From: Gammaproteobacteria bacterium | GTDB lineage: Bacteria > Pseudomonadota > Gammaproteobacteria > UBA1113 | Reading direction: 5' to 3' | DNA length: 64,000 nt | Assembly (NCBI GenBank): GCA_020051155.1 | Contig: JAGVJK010000006.1 | Location: 24,719 to 88,718, forward strand | Shown here: piece after piece, positions 30,453-40,166 of the stretch | Position numbering within the stretch: the stretch's first letter is position 1 | How the letters are laid out: each line of letters opens with the position of its first letter | The notes under the pieces: model-generated | Told to the model about the DNA's origin: nothing | Database searches by the model: none | Seen by the model: only the letters and a program-made list of their open reading frames with translations | Program-made: the position numbers and the translations under genes

Positions 30453-30548
30453 GTTATCTACCAAATTAGTATTAATTGGTAGATAACCGGTAGTATAGTT
30501 TATGTTTTTTAATAAATCTACCAATTCGGTACAAATTGGTAGGTTATT
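30453..30548. promoter_or_regulatory. Two palindromic operator-like sites upstream of fic
   Basis: GTTATCTACCAA-11-TTGGTAGATAAC (30453-30487) and CTACCAATT-7-AATTGGTAG (within 30511-30548). Confidence 0.7.
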
Positions 30549-30603
30549 GGTATTTGAGGGGGGTATCAATTCAATATTGAATAGAACTATCCAATTCTAT
30601 TAA

Positions 30604-30677
30604 TGGGCCCACTAGGACTTGAACCTAGGACCAAAGGATTATGAGTCCTCTGCTCTAACCAACTGAGCTATGGGCCC
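30604..30677 (-). tRNA. tRNA-Ile2 (anticodon CAT, lysidine type); CCA not encoded
   Basis: GGGCCCATAGCTCAGTTGGTTAGAGCAGAGGACT-CAT-AATCCTTTGGTCCTAGGTTCAAGTCCTAGTGGGCCCA cloverleaf; downstream of rpoD like ileX. Confidence 0.92.
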
Positions 30678-30713
30678 GCAAAGGGGGACATTATAAATGA
30701 AGCGCTAAGGTTT

Positions 30714-32636
30714 TTAAACCATTTCTTCTGTATCTAAGAAGCTAGCCAATTCTTCAGAACGGCTAGGATGGCGTAATTTCCGTAGAGCTTTCGCTTCAAT
30801 TTGACGAATACGTTCCCGTGTGACGTCAAATTGTTTGCCGACTTCCTCTAAGGTATGGTCAGTATTCATGTCGATACCAAAGCGCATACGCAACACTTTC
30901 GCTTCACGAGGTGTAAGGCTGGATAAGACTTTTTGAATCGCCTTGCTCAATCCTTCACCGGTGGCTGCTTCCAGTGGGGAAATGGTACCACGGTCTTCGA
31001 TGAAATCACCCAAGGTGGAGTCATCATCATCACCGATGGTGGTTTCCATGGAAATGGGCTCTTTCGCAATTTTCAACACTTTGCGAACCTTATCCTCCGG
31101 CATCAGCAAACGTTTGCTGAGTTCTTCGGGGGTGGGCTCCAAACCGGTTTCTTGCAGCATTTGCCGAGAGATACGGTTTAACTTGTTAATCGTCTCAATC
31201 ATATGAACCGGAATTCGAATGGTTCTCGCTTGATCGGCAATAGAACGAGTGATTGCTTGACGGATCCACCAGGTGGCATACGTTGAAAACTTATAACCAC
31301 GGCGATATTCAAATTTATCCACGGCTTTCATGAGACCAATGTTACCTTCTTGAATCAGATCCAAGAATTGTAAGCCGCGATTCGTGTATTTTTTAGCGAT
31401 GGAAATTACTAACCGCAGGTTTGCTTCCACCATTTCTTTTTTCGCAGAACGTGCTTTCGCTTCGCCAATAGACATTTGACGATTGAGTTCTTTAATATCC
31501 AATACGGTCAAGTTACAAGAGTCTTCAAGGTTGATAATTTTCTTTTGCGCACGAATGATTTCTTTTTCATAGCTAAGTAATTTCTCAGCATTTTTTTTGT
31601 TTTTTGCACAAAAGCCAGTAATCCACTCTAAATTAGTTTCTTGGGTACGGAAGGACGTAACGAATACTTTTTTCTGAATTTTAACCTTGTTAACACAAAT
31701 ATCCAGAACGAAACGCTCTTGTGAGCGCACTTGCTCTAAGAGACCGCGCATATTGCGGATCAACTGATCCAATTGACGGGGAGCTAACTTAAAGTTAACA
31801 AACATTTCCGCCAATTGAGCCCGATATTTTTCAGTGGTTTTATGTTTTTTACCATGCTTTTCTTCGGCAGCCAGAACTTTTTTGTATAGAGTTTCTAACT
31901 CATCAAAGCGTGTTTTTACTAAGATAGGATCGGGGCCAGTGTCGAGAGGATCGGCATCTTCGTCAGTTTTGGCTTTACCACCTTCACCTTCTCCGCCTTC
32001 ATCTTCATCCTCATCTTCAGCAACGGCAACAGTGCTTTCTTCGGCTTCACTAGCGAGTAGTGCATCTTCTTTTTCACTTAACTCCATGGCTTCTATATCA
32101 GCAAAGCCAGTGATGAGGTCGCTTAATTTGCCGTGCTCAGGATCAATTGCCTTATAAAGATCGATAATTTGTTTAATAATTTGTGGGTAAGCAGCTAAGG
32201 CATTGAGTACCATGCGCAAACCTTCCTCGATGCGACGAGCAATAGCAATTTCGCCTTGACGAGTCAGCAACTCGACGGAACCCATTTCCCGCATGTACAT
32301 ACGAACGGGATCATTCGTTCTCGCGGCCTCAAGGTGATTGAAGCTAGCAAACTCTTCTTCATCAGCTACAGGGCTAATAACGCGTTTGAATTGTAAGTCA
32401 TCGGCATCTGGCGCTACGTCAACCACTTCGATGCCCATATCAAGGATCATATCGATGACGGATTGAATCTGATCGGGTTCAATAATTTCAGTGGGCAAAT
32501 GATCGCTGATTTCTGCAAAGGTTACATAACCTCGCTCTTCGCCTTTATCAATTAGTTGTTTTAACAAGGATTGTCCTTGCTCCCCTGGTTGGGTCGCACC
32601 TGTTTCTTCAGCCATTTTATCGTGACTCAAACTCAT
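30714..32636 (-). CDS. rpoD: RNA polymerase sigma-70 factor
   Basis: [73 protein letters not shown]. Confidence 0.99.
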   Translation of the reverse strand: MSLSHDKMAEETGATQPGEQGQSLLKQLIDKGEERGYVTFAEISDHLPTEIIEPDQIQSVIDMILDMGIEVVDVAPDADDLQFKRVISPVADEEEFASFNHLEAARTNDPVRMYMREMGSVELLTRQGEIAIARRIEEGLRMVLNALAAYPQIIKQIIDLYKAIDPEHGKLSDLITGFADIEAMELSEKEDALLASEAEESTVAVAEDEDEDEGGEGEGGKAKTDEDADPLDTGPDPILVKTRFDELETLYKKVLAAEEKHGKKHKTTEKYRAQLAEMFVNFKLAPRQLDQLIRNMRGLLEQVRSQERFVLDICVNKVKIQKKVFVTSFRTQETNLEWITGFCAKNKKNAEKLLSYEKEIIRAQKKIINLEDSCNLTVLDIKELNRQMSIGEAKARSAKKEMVEANLRLVISIAKKYTNRGLQFLDLIQEGNIGLMKAVDKFEYRRGYKFSTYATWWIRQAITRSIADQARTIRIPVHMIETINKLNRISRQMLQETGLEPTPEELSKRLLMPEDKVRKVLKIAKEPISMETTIGDDDDSTLGDFIEDRGTISPLEAATGEGLSKAIQKVLSSLTPREAKVLRMRFGIDMNTDHTLEEVGKQFDVTRERIRQIEAKALRKLRHPSRSEELASFLDTEEMV

Positions 32637-32790
32637 GTTTTCAAATACCCCTAGCTTTAGGGAACGTTAAGGATGGGTACGTTCCTAATTGACCAATATA
32701 ACTAGCTACGTTCATCGAACCAGCCATTCTATTATTTTTTAACCCATATATCCAGATTATGGCATGATTTTTTATAATGCCACCCTTCAA

Positions 32791-34563
32791 CTAACTTGAG
32801 AGACTCTCCTTGCTCTGTGCAATGAGCTGCTGTAGTTGAATTTTTTCCTCATTTTTCAAAGTGCTATGACTTGCCTTCAGCATCAATGCTTCAATCTGCA
32901 ACTCAATCGTATTCTTCGACAAGCTTTTTAAGATTTCCTTAAATTCTTGCTCCATGGCGGCGAAGGGCAAAATATGATCAATAATGACCAATCGGCTCAG
33001 TATAGATGCAGATTCTGTTCCTTGCCAATGTTGCAAGAGAGTTGCCGTGTTCGCATGAGGATTCGCTTTAATAAAGTCCATCACGGACAATAGCAATTGA
33101 TGTGTCGCAGGCAGCGTTTCTGCATAATAAGGTATTGAAATCGTTGGATTTCGTGCGATCTGTGGATGCTGAATCAAATAACTTAGGGCTCGTTCAATCG
33201 GGCTTAAGCGTGGCATGGGTATTTTTTTCTGAGCCGTTCTTAATGGATAAGGCACGCTTTGATTGCTGGGTTGTTCTGTAATGAGGGATTGAATTTTTTG
33301 ATTATCGATACGAACTTGTCGTGCCAACTCCTCAGCCATCAATTGTTGATAAGCGCCTGGCGGAATTTTTTGTAATAGTGGAACTGCTAATTGGCTTAGG
33401 GCGGCTCGGCCATCCAAGGTGGTGGGATCGGTTTTTAAGCGTAATTCTTGAAACAGGAACTCAACTAAAGGCTTTGCTTTATCAATGCGTAAATTAAAGT
33501 TATGCACGCCCTCTTGGCGAATGATGGAGTCGGGATCTTCACCCTCCGGCAAAAAGAGGAATTTAGCCTGATGACCATCTTGCATCAAAGGCAAAATGTT
33601 TTCTAAAGCGCGCCAACCAGCTTGACGTCCAGCACTGTCACCATCAAAACAAAAGATAAGTTTTTTCGTGTATCGAAAGAGTCGCTCCAAGTGCTGGCGT
33701 GTGGTGGCCGTTCCCAAGGTTGCAACAACATGAGTGACGCCATGTTGGACCAGGGCAATTAAATCCATATAGCCTTCAACAATCAGAATGTGTGGAATAT
33801 TTCCCGAGTGCTGTAATAAATGATATAAGCCATAAAGATCACCTGTGCCTTTATGATAAATAGGGCTTTCAGGAGAGTTCAGATATTTGGGTAAGCCGTC
33901 ACCGAGCACGCGCCCGCCGAAACCGACAATTTGGCCCTTACGATTGAAAATAGGAAATAAAATACGATCGCGAAAGCGATCATAGGTTTTGCCTTCATCA
34001 TTACGAATGACTAAACCACATTGCACTAATTGGTTTTGCGCGCCAGGGTGATGGGTATTGAAATAATCCAATAATTGCGACCAGCCGGCGGGAGCATAAC
34101 CCAATTTAAAATGACGAATGGTTTGTTGGTTTAATCCACGTTGTCGCAAATATTGTTGCGCTGTTCGCGATTGTTCTAATTGTTGGGTATAAAACTCTTG
34201 AGCTTGCAGCATTAACTCATACAAGCTTTGGTGCTGTGTTGATTGTTGCTGAGTGCGCTCTTGAGAATAAGGCACCGCAACGCCGGCAATCGCAGCTAAC
34301 TGTTCCACGGCTTCCACAAATTCTAAGCGGTCGAGCTCCATTAAAAAGCCGATGGCATTGCCATGTTTGCCGCAGCCAAAGCAGTGATAAAATTGTTTGG
34401 TAGGGCTGACAGTAAAGGATGGTGTTTTTTCCGTATGGAACGGGCAGAGCCCAGAAAGATTTGCGCCAGTTTTGCGAAGAGGCACACGATGATCAATGAC
34501 GTCGACGATATCAACCCGCAACAATAAGTCATTAATAAATGTTTCAGGAATATGTCGTGCCAT
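32791..34563 (-). CDS. dnaG: DNA primase
   Basis: CPFH...CFGC zinc finger, KYLNSPE, VEGYMD, FDGD.AG, DPD TOPRIM motifs. Confidence 0.98.
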   Translation of the reverse strand: MARHIPETFINDLLLRVDIVDVIDHRVPLRKTGANLSGLCPFHTEKTPSFTVSPTKQFYHCFGCGKHGNAIGFLMELDRLEFVEAVEQLAAIAGVAVPYSQERTQQQSTQHQSLYELMLQAQEFYTQQLEQSRTAQQYLRQRGLNQQTIRHFKLGYAPAGWSQLLDYFNTHHPGAQNQLVQCGLVIRNDEGKTYDRFRDRILFPIFNRKGQIVGFGGRVLGDGLPKYLNSPESPIYHKGTGDLYGLYHLLQHSGNIPHILIVEGYMDLIALVQHGVTHVVATLGTATTRQHLERLFRYTKKLIFCFDGDSAGRQAGWRALENILPLMQDGHQAKFLFLPEGEDPDSIIRQEGVHNFNLRIDKAKPLVEFLFQELRLKTDPTTLDGRAALSQLAVPLLQKIPPGAYQQLMAEELARQVRIDNQKIQSLITEQPSNQSVPYPLRTAQKKIPMPRLSPIERALSYLIQHPQIARNPTISIPYYAETLPATHQLLLSVMDFIKANPHANTATLLQHWQGTESASILSRLVIIDHILPFAAMEQEFKEILKSLSKNTIELQIEALMLKASHSTLKNEEKIQLQQLIAQSKESLSS

Positions 34564-34626
34564 GGTGTTCCTCCATCATAAGGTCGCCAAAGCGAACAAA
34601 AGCTTCATACCGTGGCTCAAGAGGAC

Positions 34627-35082
34627 CTACAGTTTAGATAAAGCATCTTTGACGAGCTTGCTAGCCATTGTCCCATCTGCACGGCCTTGAATCTGTGGCT
34701 TTAAGTGAGCCATGACCTTGCCCATGTCTTTAATATCCTTTGCCTCAACAGCAGCAATGGCTTGAGAAATCAATTGTGCAACTTCGGCATCGGTCAAAGG
34801 TTGTGGTAAATATTGCAGGATGATGGTCAGCTCAGCTTGTTCTTTTGCGGCTAACTCCGCACGTCCGGCTGTGTTGTATTGCTCAATGGACTCGCGGCGT
34901 TGGCGCGCCATCTTGTCTAATAGAGCGATTAGCTGATCATCATTAAGAGTAATGCGCTCATCGACTTCTCGTTGCTTAATGCCAGCCATGATAAAACGCA
35001 AGGTGGTCACTAACTCTTTGTCGTGAGCACGCATCGCATTTTTTAAATCGGTATCTATTCGTTGTTTGATTGTTTCGCTCAT
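34627..35082 (-). CDS. yqeY: GatB/YqeY domain protein
   Basis: K.AMRA.DK, QRRESIEQY..AGR.ELA, YLP.PL, DMGKVM; between rpsU and dnaG. Confidence 0.93.
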   Translation of the reverse strand: MSETIKQRIDTDLKNAMRAHDKELVTTLRFIMAGIKQREVDERITLNDDQLIALLDKMARQRRESIEQYNTAGRAELAAKEQAELTIILQYLPQPLTDAEVAQLISQAIAAVEAKDIKDMGKVMAHLKPQIQGRADGTMASKLVKDALSKL

Positions 35083-35245
35083 AAAGGTATTACCTGTTTG
35101 TGCAGGGACTCCAGCGGGAATCCCTCCCTGTTATTTGCCCTACGCTCAACAACGTAACGTCGAGCTTACCATCAAGGGAAAGAACCCTTTCCTTCCCTTG
35201 ATAATGCCTCTCAGAGGAGAGGTTCAGCGAAAAATTTGAGAACGG

Positions 35246-35494
35246 TTACTTTTGTTTTTTACCGCGAGCTACCTTGCCTCGTATGCCGCGGGATGGCATA
35301 GGAGCAGCTTTAGCTTCTTGTTTAATGCGACGTTTTACCGCAGCAGCTTTTTCTTGAGCGCGGATTTTTGCTTTTTTAACGTGACGAGCACGTTTTTTCA
35401 ATTCTTGTAAAACACTAGCTTTTTCACAGGCACGTTTGAAACGGCGCAATAAGCTGTCAACGTTTTCTGATTTTTTCGAAACAACGCTTGGCAT
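35246..35494 (-). CDS. rpsU: 30S ribosomal protein S21 (divergent)
   Basis: MP.V...EN.D.LLRRFKR.CEKA, AAAVKR; first gene of rpsU-yqeY-dnaG-rpoD. Confidence 0.88.
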   Translation of the reverse strand: MPSVVSKKSENVDSLLRRFKRACEKASVLQELKKRARHVKKAKIRAQEKAAAVKRRIKQEAKAAPMPSRGIRGKVARGKKQK

Positions 35495-35663
35495 GTAATT
35501 GGTTACCTTAAATTTAATGGTTAACTTAATTCATTTCGTCCTTTGGAAGAGCAAAAGGGGGCTGAAATAGCCTAATAACCTTATGATCTCGCCCAATATA
35601 AGGCAGAAAATTTTGCAAGTTTAATGACTTCCGGATCAAAAAGCAACAACTTTAGGAGAAACC

Positions 35664-36548
35664 TCACGCGTTCTTACGAGCTTGATAGGCTTTAAACAAT
35701 CGTTCCCAAACTGGCTTTTTAGGGAAGGTACCTACATTTTCTCCATTCAAGGTCGATATCGGCATGATTTCCTTGGTGGAGCTGGTTACCCATATTTCGT
35801 CAGCGTCTTTTAATTGTGCCTCAGTAATAGGGGTTTCCTGGCAGAGGATGCCTTGTTCTTTTGCTAACTCAATGACTAAACCACGGGTAATGCCCGGCAG
35901 CAATTGATAACTGAGAGGGGGCGTCAAGATGGTTTCTGACTTCACAATAAAGACATTGCTCACTGAAGCTTCTGTCACATAGCCATCGCGCAATAGAATG
36001 GTTTCATCGGCATTTAAGTCTTGGGATTGCTGGCGCAGCAAAATATTGCCCAATAAACTAACAGATTTAATATCACAACGATCCCAGCGGATATCCTTCG
36101 CGGTAATTGCTTTCAAGCCACGACTCGATGTTTCAAGCGTAGGCGGTGTAAATGGCATCGCATAAGCAAACAACGAGGGTTGAATCACGGCGGGAAAGAC
36201 ATGTTCACGAGTGGGATAGGTACCGCGCGTATATTGCAAATAAATATAGTTAAACTCAGAGGTGGATAGCGCCAGTAATTCAGAGATGATCCCAGTAATT
36301 TCCTCCAAGGAATGGGTTAAAGGAATACGGATTTTCGCAAGATTTTTCACCAACCGGTCTAAATGGGGCTCTAATAAAAAAGGTTTTTTAGAGTAGGCAG
36401 GAATCACTTCATAACAGCCATCACCATAAAGAAAGCCACGGTCGAGCACGGAAACGTGTAAATCTTTTAATTCTGCAAATGTGCCATTCAAATAACCGAT
36501 AGGTCCAGATACTTGATGAGCAGAGAGCTTATGAGTTGATGTTGCCAT
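35664..36548 (-). CDS. dat: D-amino-acid aminotransferase (PLP class IV)
   Basis: DRGFLYGDGCYE, RWDRCDIKS.SLL.N, TE.SVSNVF, LPGITR. Confidence 0.85.
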   Translation of the reverse strand: MATSTHKLSAHQVSGPIGYLNGTFAELKDLHVSVLDRGFLYGDGCYEVIPAYSKKPFLLEPHLDRLVKNLAKIRIPLTHSLEEITGIISELLALSTSEFNYIYLQYTRGTYPTREHVFPAVIQPSLFAYAMPFTPPTLETSSRGLKAITAKDIRWDRCDIKSVSLLGNILLRQQSQDLNADETILLRDGYVTEASVSNVFIVKSETILTPPLSYQLLPGITRGLVIELAKEQGILCQETPITEAQLKDADEIWVTSSTKEIMPISTLNGENVGTFPKKPVWERLFKAYQARKNA

Positions 36549-36670
36549 GAGAATCCTCCAAATGAGTAGCTGAGAGTATTGTCTTTAATCTTTAGAATTG
36601 TAGTAACTCTCATGGGAAAGAGCTAGTTATTTATGATGGGGTTACATAAGACGTGTTTAGGATGGAGATC

Positions 36671-38851
36671 TTAGTTGCTAAGGATCTCCACCTTTTTCGT
36701 CGTATCTACCAGCTTAGTGGAGAGTAAACAAATAATCGCCTGGTTGAATGCAGTGGCAAGCAGAGGATCATTTAACTCCATGCTGGCTAAGTCGCGTTTG
36801 GTTAATCGTTTTAAACTAGAAGCTTCTTCCGCAAGGATGGATGCGCTGCGACTGGAATTTAAGTAAAACGCTAATTCACCCACAATATTACCAGGACCAA
36901 TTGTAAATAGTTTTTTTGTCCGTGTTTTACCAACATTAATAAACACGGTTAAATAACCTGCCTCTAGGTAGTATAATTCCTGTGAAAGATGTCCTTGATA
37001 CACTAACATATCACCTTTGTTCAAATGAATATCATCAAAGTATTTAGGAATGCTAGACGCAAGAGTTTTATCACCTAAAAAATCTTCCAGCTTGATGCGT
37101 TGTGTGGCAGCTGCTTCTACTGCGTAATGATTTTCTTTAAGTACTTCAACTTCACAAAAATCAAGGGCTGTATCTGCATCAGGGATGTATCGGAAAAAAT
37201 CATGGAACTGTAACCACGTCATTTTTTTTGCTAACTCAGGATAATTATTTTCCGAAAAGCCTGTCAGAATCACACATAGTTTTTCTTCTGCGGCAAATTG
37301 GCTAATTTTTTGAAAACTGACTTGGACAGAGGAGTCAATACCACAGACACGCTCAAAGTCATAAAGCACATATTTTGCAGGCTCATCTCGTTGCTCTGCG
37401 AGTAGGCTTTTCAACTGAATCACGGAGACAGCCGTAGATCCAAAAAACAGATAATCTTGTAATTTTAAATAAATAATTTTATCGCCATTTTTTTTCAGAA
37501 TGGCTTGCGCTTCAGGCTCTCGCCCTTTGGAGCTCGTTAATTCTTTGCCATCCATAACAAAGCGAAGGTTATTAATGCGGCTATAGGTCATCATAAAGAA
37601 CAGTACCGAAATGAAAAATCCGGCAATAGCTCCTTTGACAAATCCGAAGGACATCACAGCAAATACGACCGCACAAATAATAAAGCTATCCCAGACGTCT
37701 AATCGATCTCGCAGACGAAACGTCCATTTGTAAAATAATGAAAGCCCCGCAAGAAAAACTAAACCAATCAGGATGAAACGGGGTAAGTAATTAATGATGT
37801 CTTGAATAAAAAATAAGGTGGCGATACAAGAGAGGCCTGAAATAATACCAATGGTTCGAGTGTGGATATTAAATTTTTCACATAAAGAAGTACCTAACTC
37901 TTCGTGGTAACCGATCAAGCCGCCGGTCAATGCAGAAAAAATATTTGCAAGACCGGTGACGCGTAATTCTTTATTAAAATCGATTTCCTTTTTGATAATC
38001 AATTCTAAACTCAAGTTGATAAATAACAAGGCTAGAAGACTGACAAAGGCAATCATCAACATAGTGCCCAGTTGATCGAAAATAAGGTACCAGTCAATGG
38101 ACTCAGTGAATGTCATCGTTGTTACGAAGGAGTGCCAAGAGATCGGTGTGATATGTAACAATAAATTGTTTTGTTGTGCCCATGCAACGGATTGGCCCGA
38201 GGCAAACAAAACGATATAAAATAAGATGAGGCCACCAATAATCGAGCCTGAAAAAAATAACGGATGTGAATATCGCTCGAAGATAACAAATAACCCTAAG
38301 CCAAAACACAAACTAGGCACCCAAAGTAGCCAAGCAGTCAGATCAAACAAGTGATTAACCATTTCCAATGTAAAATGATGAGTGGGAACTGCTTGCTTAA
38401 TACTGCTGAGAAGCAAGAGTAATCCAGCACTGGCAAGAAACCCTGCAATCACCGGAAAGGGTGCAAATCGCGCGAAGTTTCCCAGTCGAAAGGTTCCAAA
38501 ACCAAAAAATAATAACCCAGTGATGAAGGTTGTCAGAGAGATTGAAATTAGAATGGTTAAAAAAGCTCCGTGACCCGTACTAAAATACAAAGCCATAGAG
38601 TGCACCATTAGAATGATAAGAGGTAATGGTTCATTTTTGGGGCGTGAAAAGGCCGTAGGAATGCTACTAAAGAGTGCAATAATAAGTGTTACGATACCAG
38701 CGCCGAGCAGTGTACATAAAATACCATAGGGTAACATTTCCTCTAAGGGTCCCGTGTAAATAAGCTGTGAGTAAGCGAGACAGACTGCGATGCCAGAAAA
38801 AGATAATCGGCCAGCCAGCGATGAGGCGACTATTAATGACTTCCTATTCAT
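36671..38851 (-). CDS. SulP/SLC26 anion transporter with STAS and cNMP-binding domains
   Basis: Many TMs, PFPVIAGFLA..G, ELRVTGLAN, LFFGS and V.GIDSS STAS motifs, VGELAFYL...RSAS cNMP motif. Confidence 0.88.
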   Translation of the reverse strand: MNRKSLIVASSLAGRLSFSGIAVCLAYSQLIYTGPLEEMLPYGILCTLLGAGIVTLIIALFSSIPTAFSRPKNEPLPLIILMVHSMALYFSTGHGAFLTILISISLTTFITGLLFFGFGTFRLGNFARFAPFPVIAGFLASAGLLLLLSSIKQAVPTHHFTLEMVNHLFDLTAWLLWVPSLCFGLGLFVIFERYSHPLFFSGSIIGGLILFYIVLFASGQSVAWAQQNNLLLHITPISWHSFVTTMTFTESIDWYLIFDQLGTMLMIAFVSLLALLFINLSLELIIKKEIDFNKELRVTGLANIFSALTGGLIGYHEELGTSLCEKFNIHTRTIGIISGLSCIATLFFIQDIINYLPRFILIGLVFLAGLSLFYKWTFRLRDRLDVWDSFIICAVVFAVMSFGFVKGAIAGFFISVLFFMMTYSRINNLRFVMDGKELTSSKGREPEAQAILKKNGDKIIYLKLQDYLFFGSTAVSVIQLKSLLAEQRDEPAKYVLYDFERVCGIDSSVQVSFQKISQFAAEEKLCVILTGFSENNYPELAKKMTWLQFHDFFRYIPDADTALDFCEVEVLKENHYAVEAAATQRIKLEDFLGDKTLASSIPKYFDDIHLNKGDMLVYQGHLSQELYYLEAGYLTVFINVGKTRTKKLFTIGPGNIVGELAFYLNSSRSASILAEEASSLKRLTKRDLASMELNDPLLATAFNQAIICLLSTKLVDTTKKVEILSN

Positions 38852-38901
38852 AAAAACTCCAAACTGCGATTTGTTTAATCTATCGCATATCGCGGGATGT
38901 C

Positions 38902-39888
38902 TCAAGAAGTTAGAAGTGTTAAGTAGTTTTGATAACGTTGTTGAGGGATTAAACCTTGCGTGATGGCTGTTTTAATCGCACAAGAGATTTCATTATTGTG
39001 CTGGCAGTTGCGAAATTGACACTGCTCTAAGTAGGGCGAAAATTCAGGATAACCGGCCAAGAGTTCTTGGAAGGTAATCGGCCAAAGATTAAATTGTCGT
39101 ACGCCGGGGGAATCAATCAGATCACCACCACTCGGTAAATGGTAGAGTACCGCTGTTGTGGTGGTGTGTGTGCCTAAACCAGATTGTTGAGACAAGTCAC
39201 CCACTTGAATGACCTGGTGAGGAGTCAACGCTTGTATTAAGGATGATTTACCAACACCCGATTGTCCGACTAAAATGCTGACTTCATGCTGTAAACATGC
39301 CGCTAATGCCTCTAACCCATGAGATTGGTGTGCGCTGGCTAACACGATGGGAAAGTTTAAGTGTTGATAGGTTTCTAGTAGATGTTGCTGTAATGACGCT
39401 GCTTCCGGCAAATCTGCTTTATTAACGACGATAGCGGGTTTTAGTTGTAATTGATGAGCTGCAATAAGAAATTTATCAATTTGTAAAAAACTAACGGGTG
39501 GAAATGGCGCAATGACAATGATCATTTGTGTCATGTTGGCGGCAATAGGTTTACGGTTGCCGTTGCGATCTAAGCGTACTAACTGCGTATGTCTCTCTTT
39601 AATGGCGATGACAACACCGCGTTGATCATGACTTTCTTGCCAAATCACTTGATCGCCACAAACCGGCGTGGGTAAATGTTGGCGCAAGTGACAGGCGTAA
39701 AGCATACCGTGCTCATCTTCAATCTCAACTTGAGTGCCAAAACGGCGCACAAGTAAACCAGATTGCTCGGGCCCTAAGGGTTGTGAAGATTGCTCAAGCT
39801 CCGATGTTGCAGCCGGCGTTGATTGACGAGAAGCCTGCTTATCCTGGATACGACGTTGCTGTTGGTGGGTAATTTTGCGTTTGCTCAT
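38902..39888 (-). CDS. rsgA: Ribosome small-subunit biogenesis GTPase
   Basis: NKAD, GQSGVGKSS, GTHTTT, DSPG, CQFRNCQH zinc site. Confidence 0.95.
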   Translation of the reverse strand: MSKRKITHQQQRRIQDKQASRQSTPAATSELEQSSQPLGPEQSGLLVRRFGTQVEIEDEHGMLYACHLRQHLPTPVCGDQVIWQESHDQRGVVIAIKERHTQLVRLDRNGNRKPIAANMTQMIIVIAPFPPVSFLQIDKFLIAAHQLQLKPAIVVNKADLPEAASLQQHLLETYQHLNFPIVLASAHQSHGLEALAACLQHEVSILVGQSGVGKSSLIQALTPHQVIQVGDLSQQSGLGTHTTTTAVLYHLPSGGDLIDSPGVRQFNLWPITFQELLAGYPEFSPYLEQCQFRNCQHNNEISCAIKTAITQGLIPQQRYQNYLTLLTS

Positions 39889-40021
39889 GGGGGGATATTC
39901 TATACCGATTGCACCATGAGATGCAAAGTTAGTGCTCTTGGTTGAAGAGCAGATGCATTAGGAGTAAAGGTAACGCCATGTTTATTAATGAATTTTTATA
40001 AATATTATTGAGTTTTTGCGG

Positions 40022-40145
40022 TTGGTGCAATTATGTGAAAGATTGGTGCAATTGGTGCAATTATGGAGAAATTGGTGCAATTGGTGCAATTACGTTATAA
40101 TTGGTGCAATTGGTGCAATTGGTGCAATTGGTGCAATTGGTGCAA
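40022..40145 (+). repeat. Array of 10 TTGGTGCAA nonamers in blocks of 1, 2, 2 and 5
   Basis: Copies start at 40022, 40043, 40052, 40072, 40081, 40101, 40110, 40119, 40128 and 40137. Confidence 0.95.
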
Positions 40146-40166
40146 TTTAATCAAAAAGGAATATCC

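Noticed and set aside
30604-30677. tRNA-Met
   Set aside because: CAT anticodon, but the sequence and the position after rpoD fit Ile2; it has a paired G1-C72 and lacks the initiator GGG/CCC anticodon stem
40022-40145. CRISPR array
   Set aside because: Repeat is only 9 bp and mostly head-to-tail, linkers are 11-12 nt, and there are no cas genes in the window
40101-40166. N-terminal VQLVQLVQL extension of the AlbA_2 protein
   Set aside because: It is the translated DNA repeat from a TTG start; the ATG at 40167 has an AAGGA RBS and begins the domain
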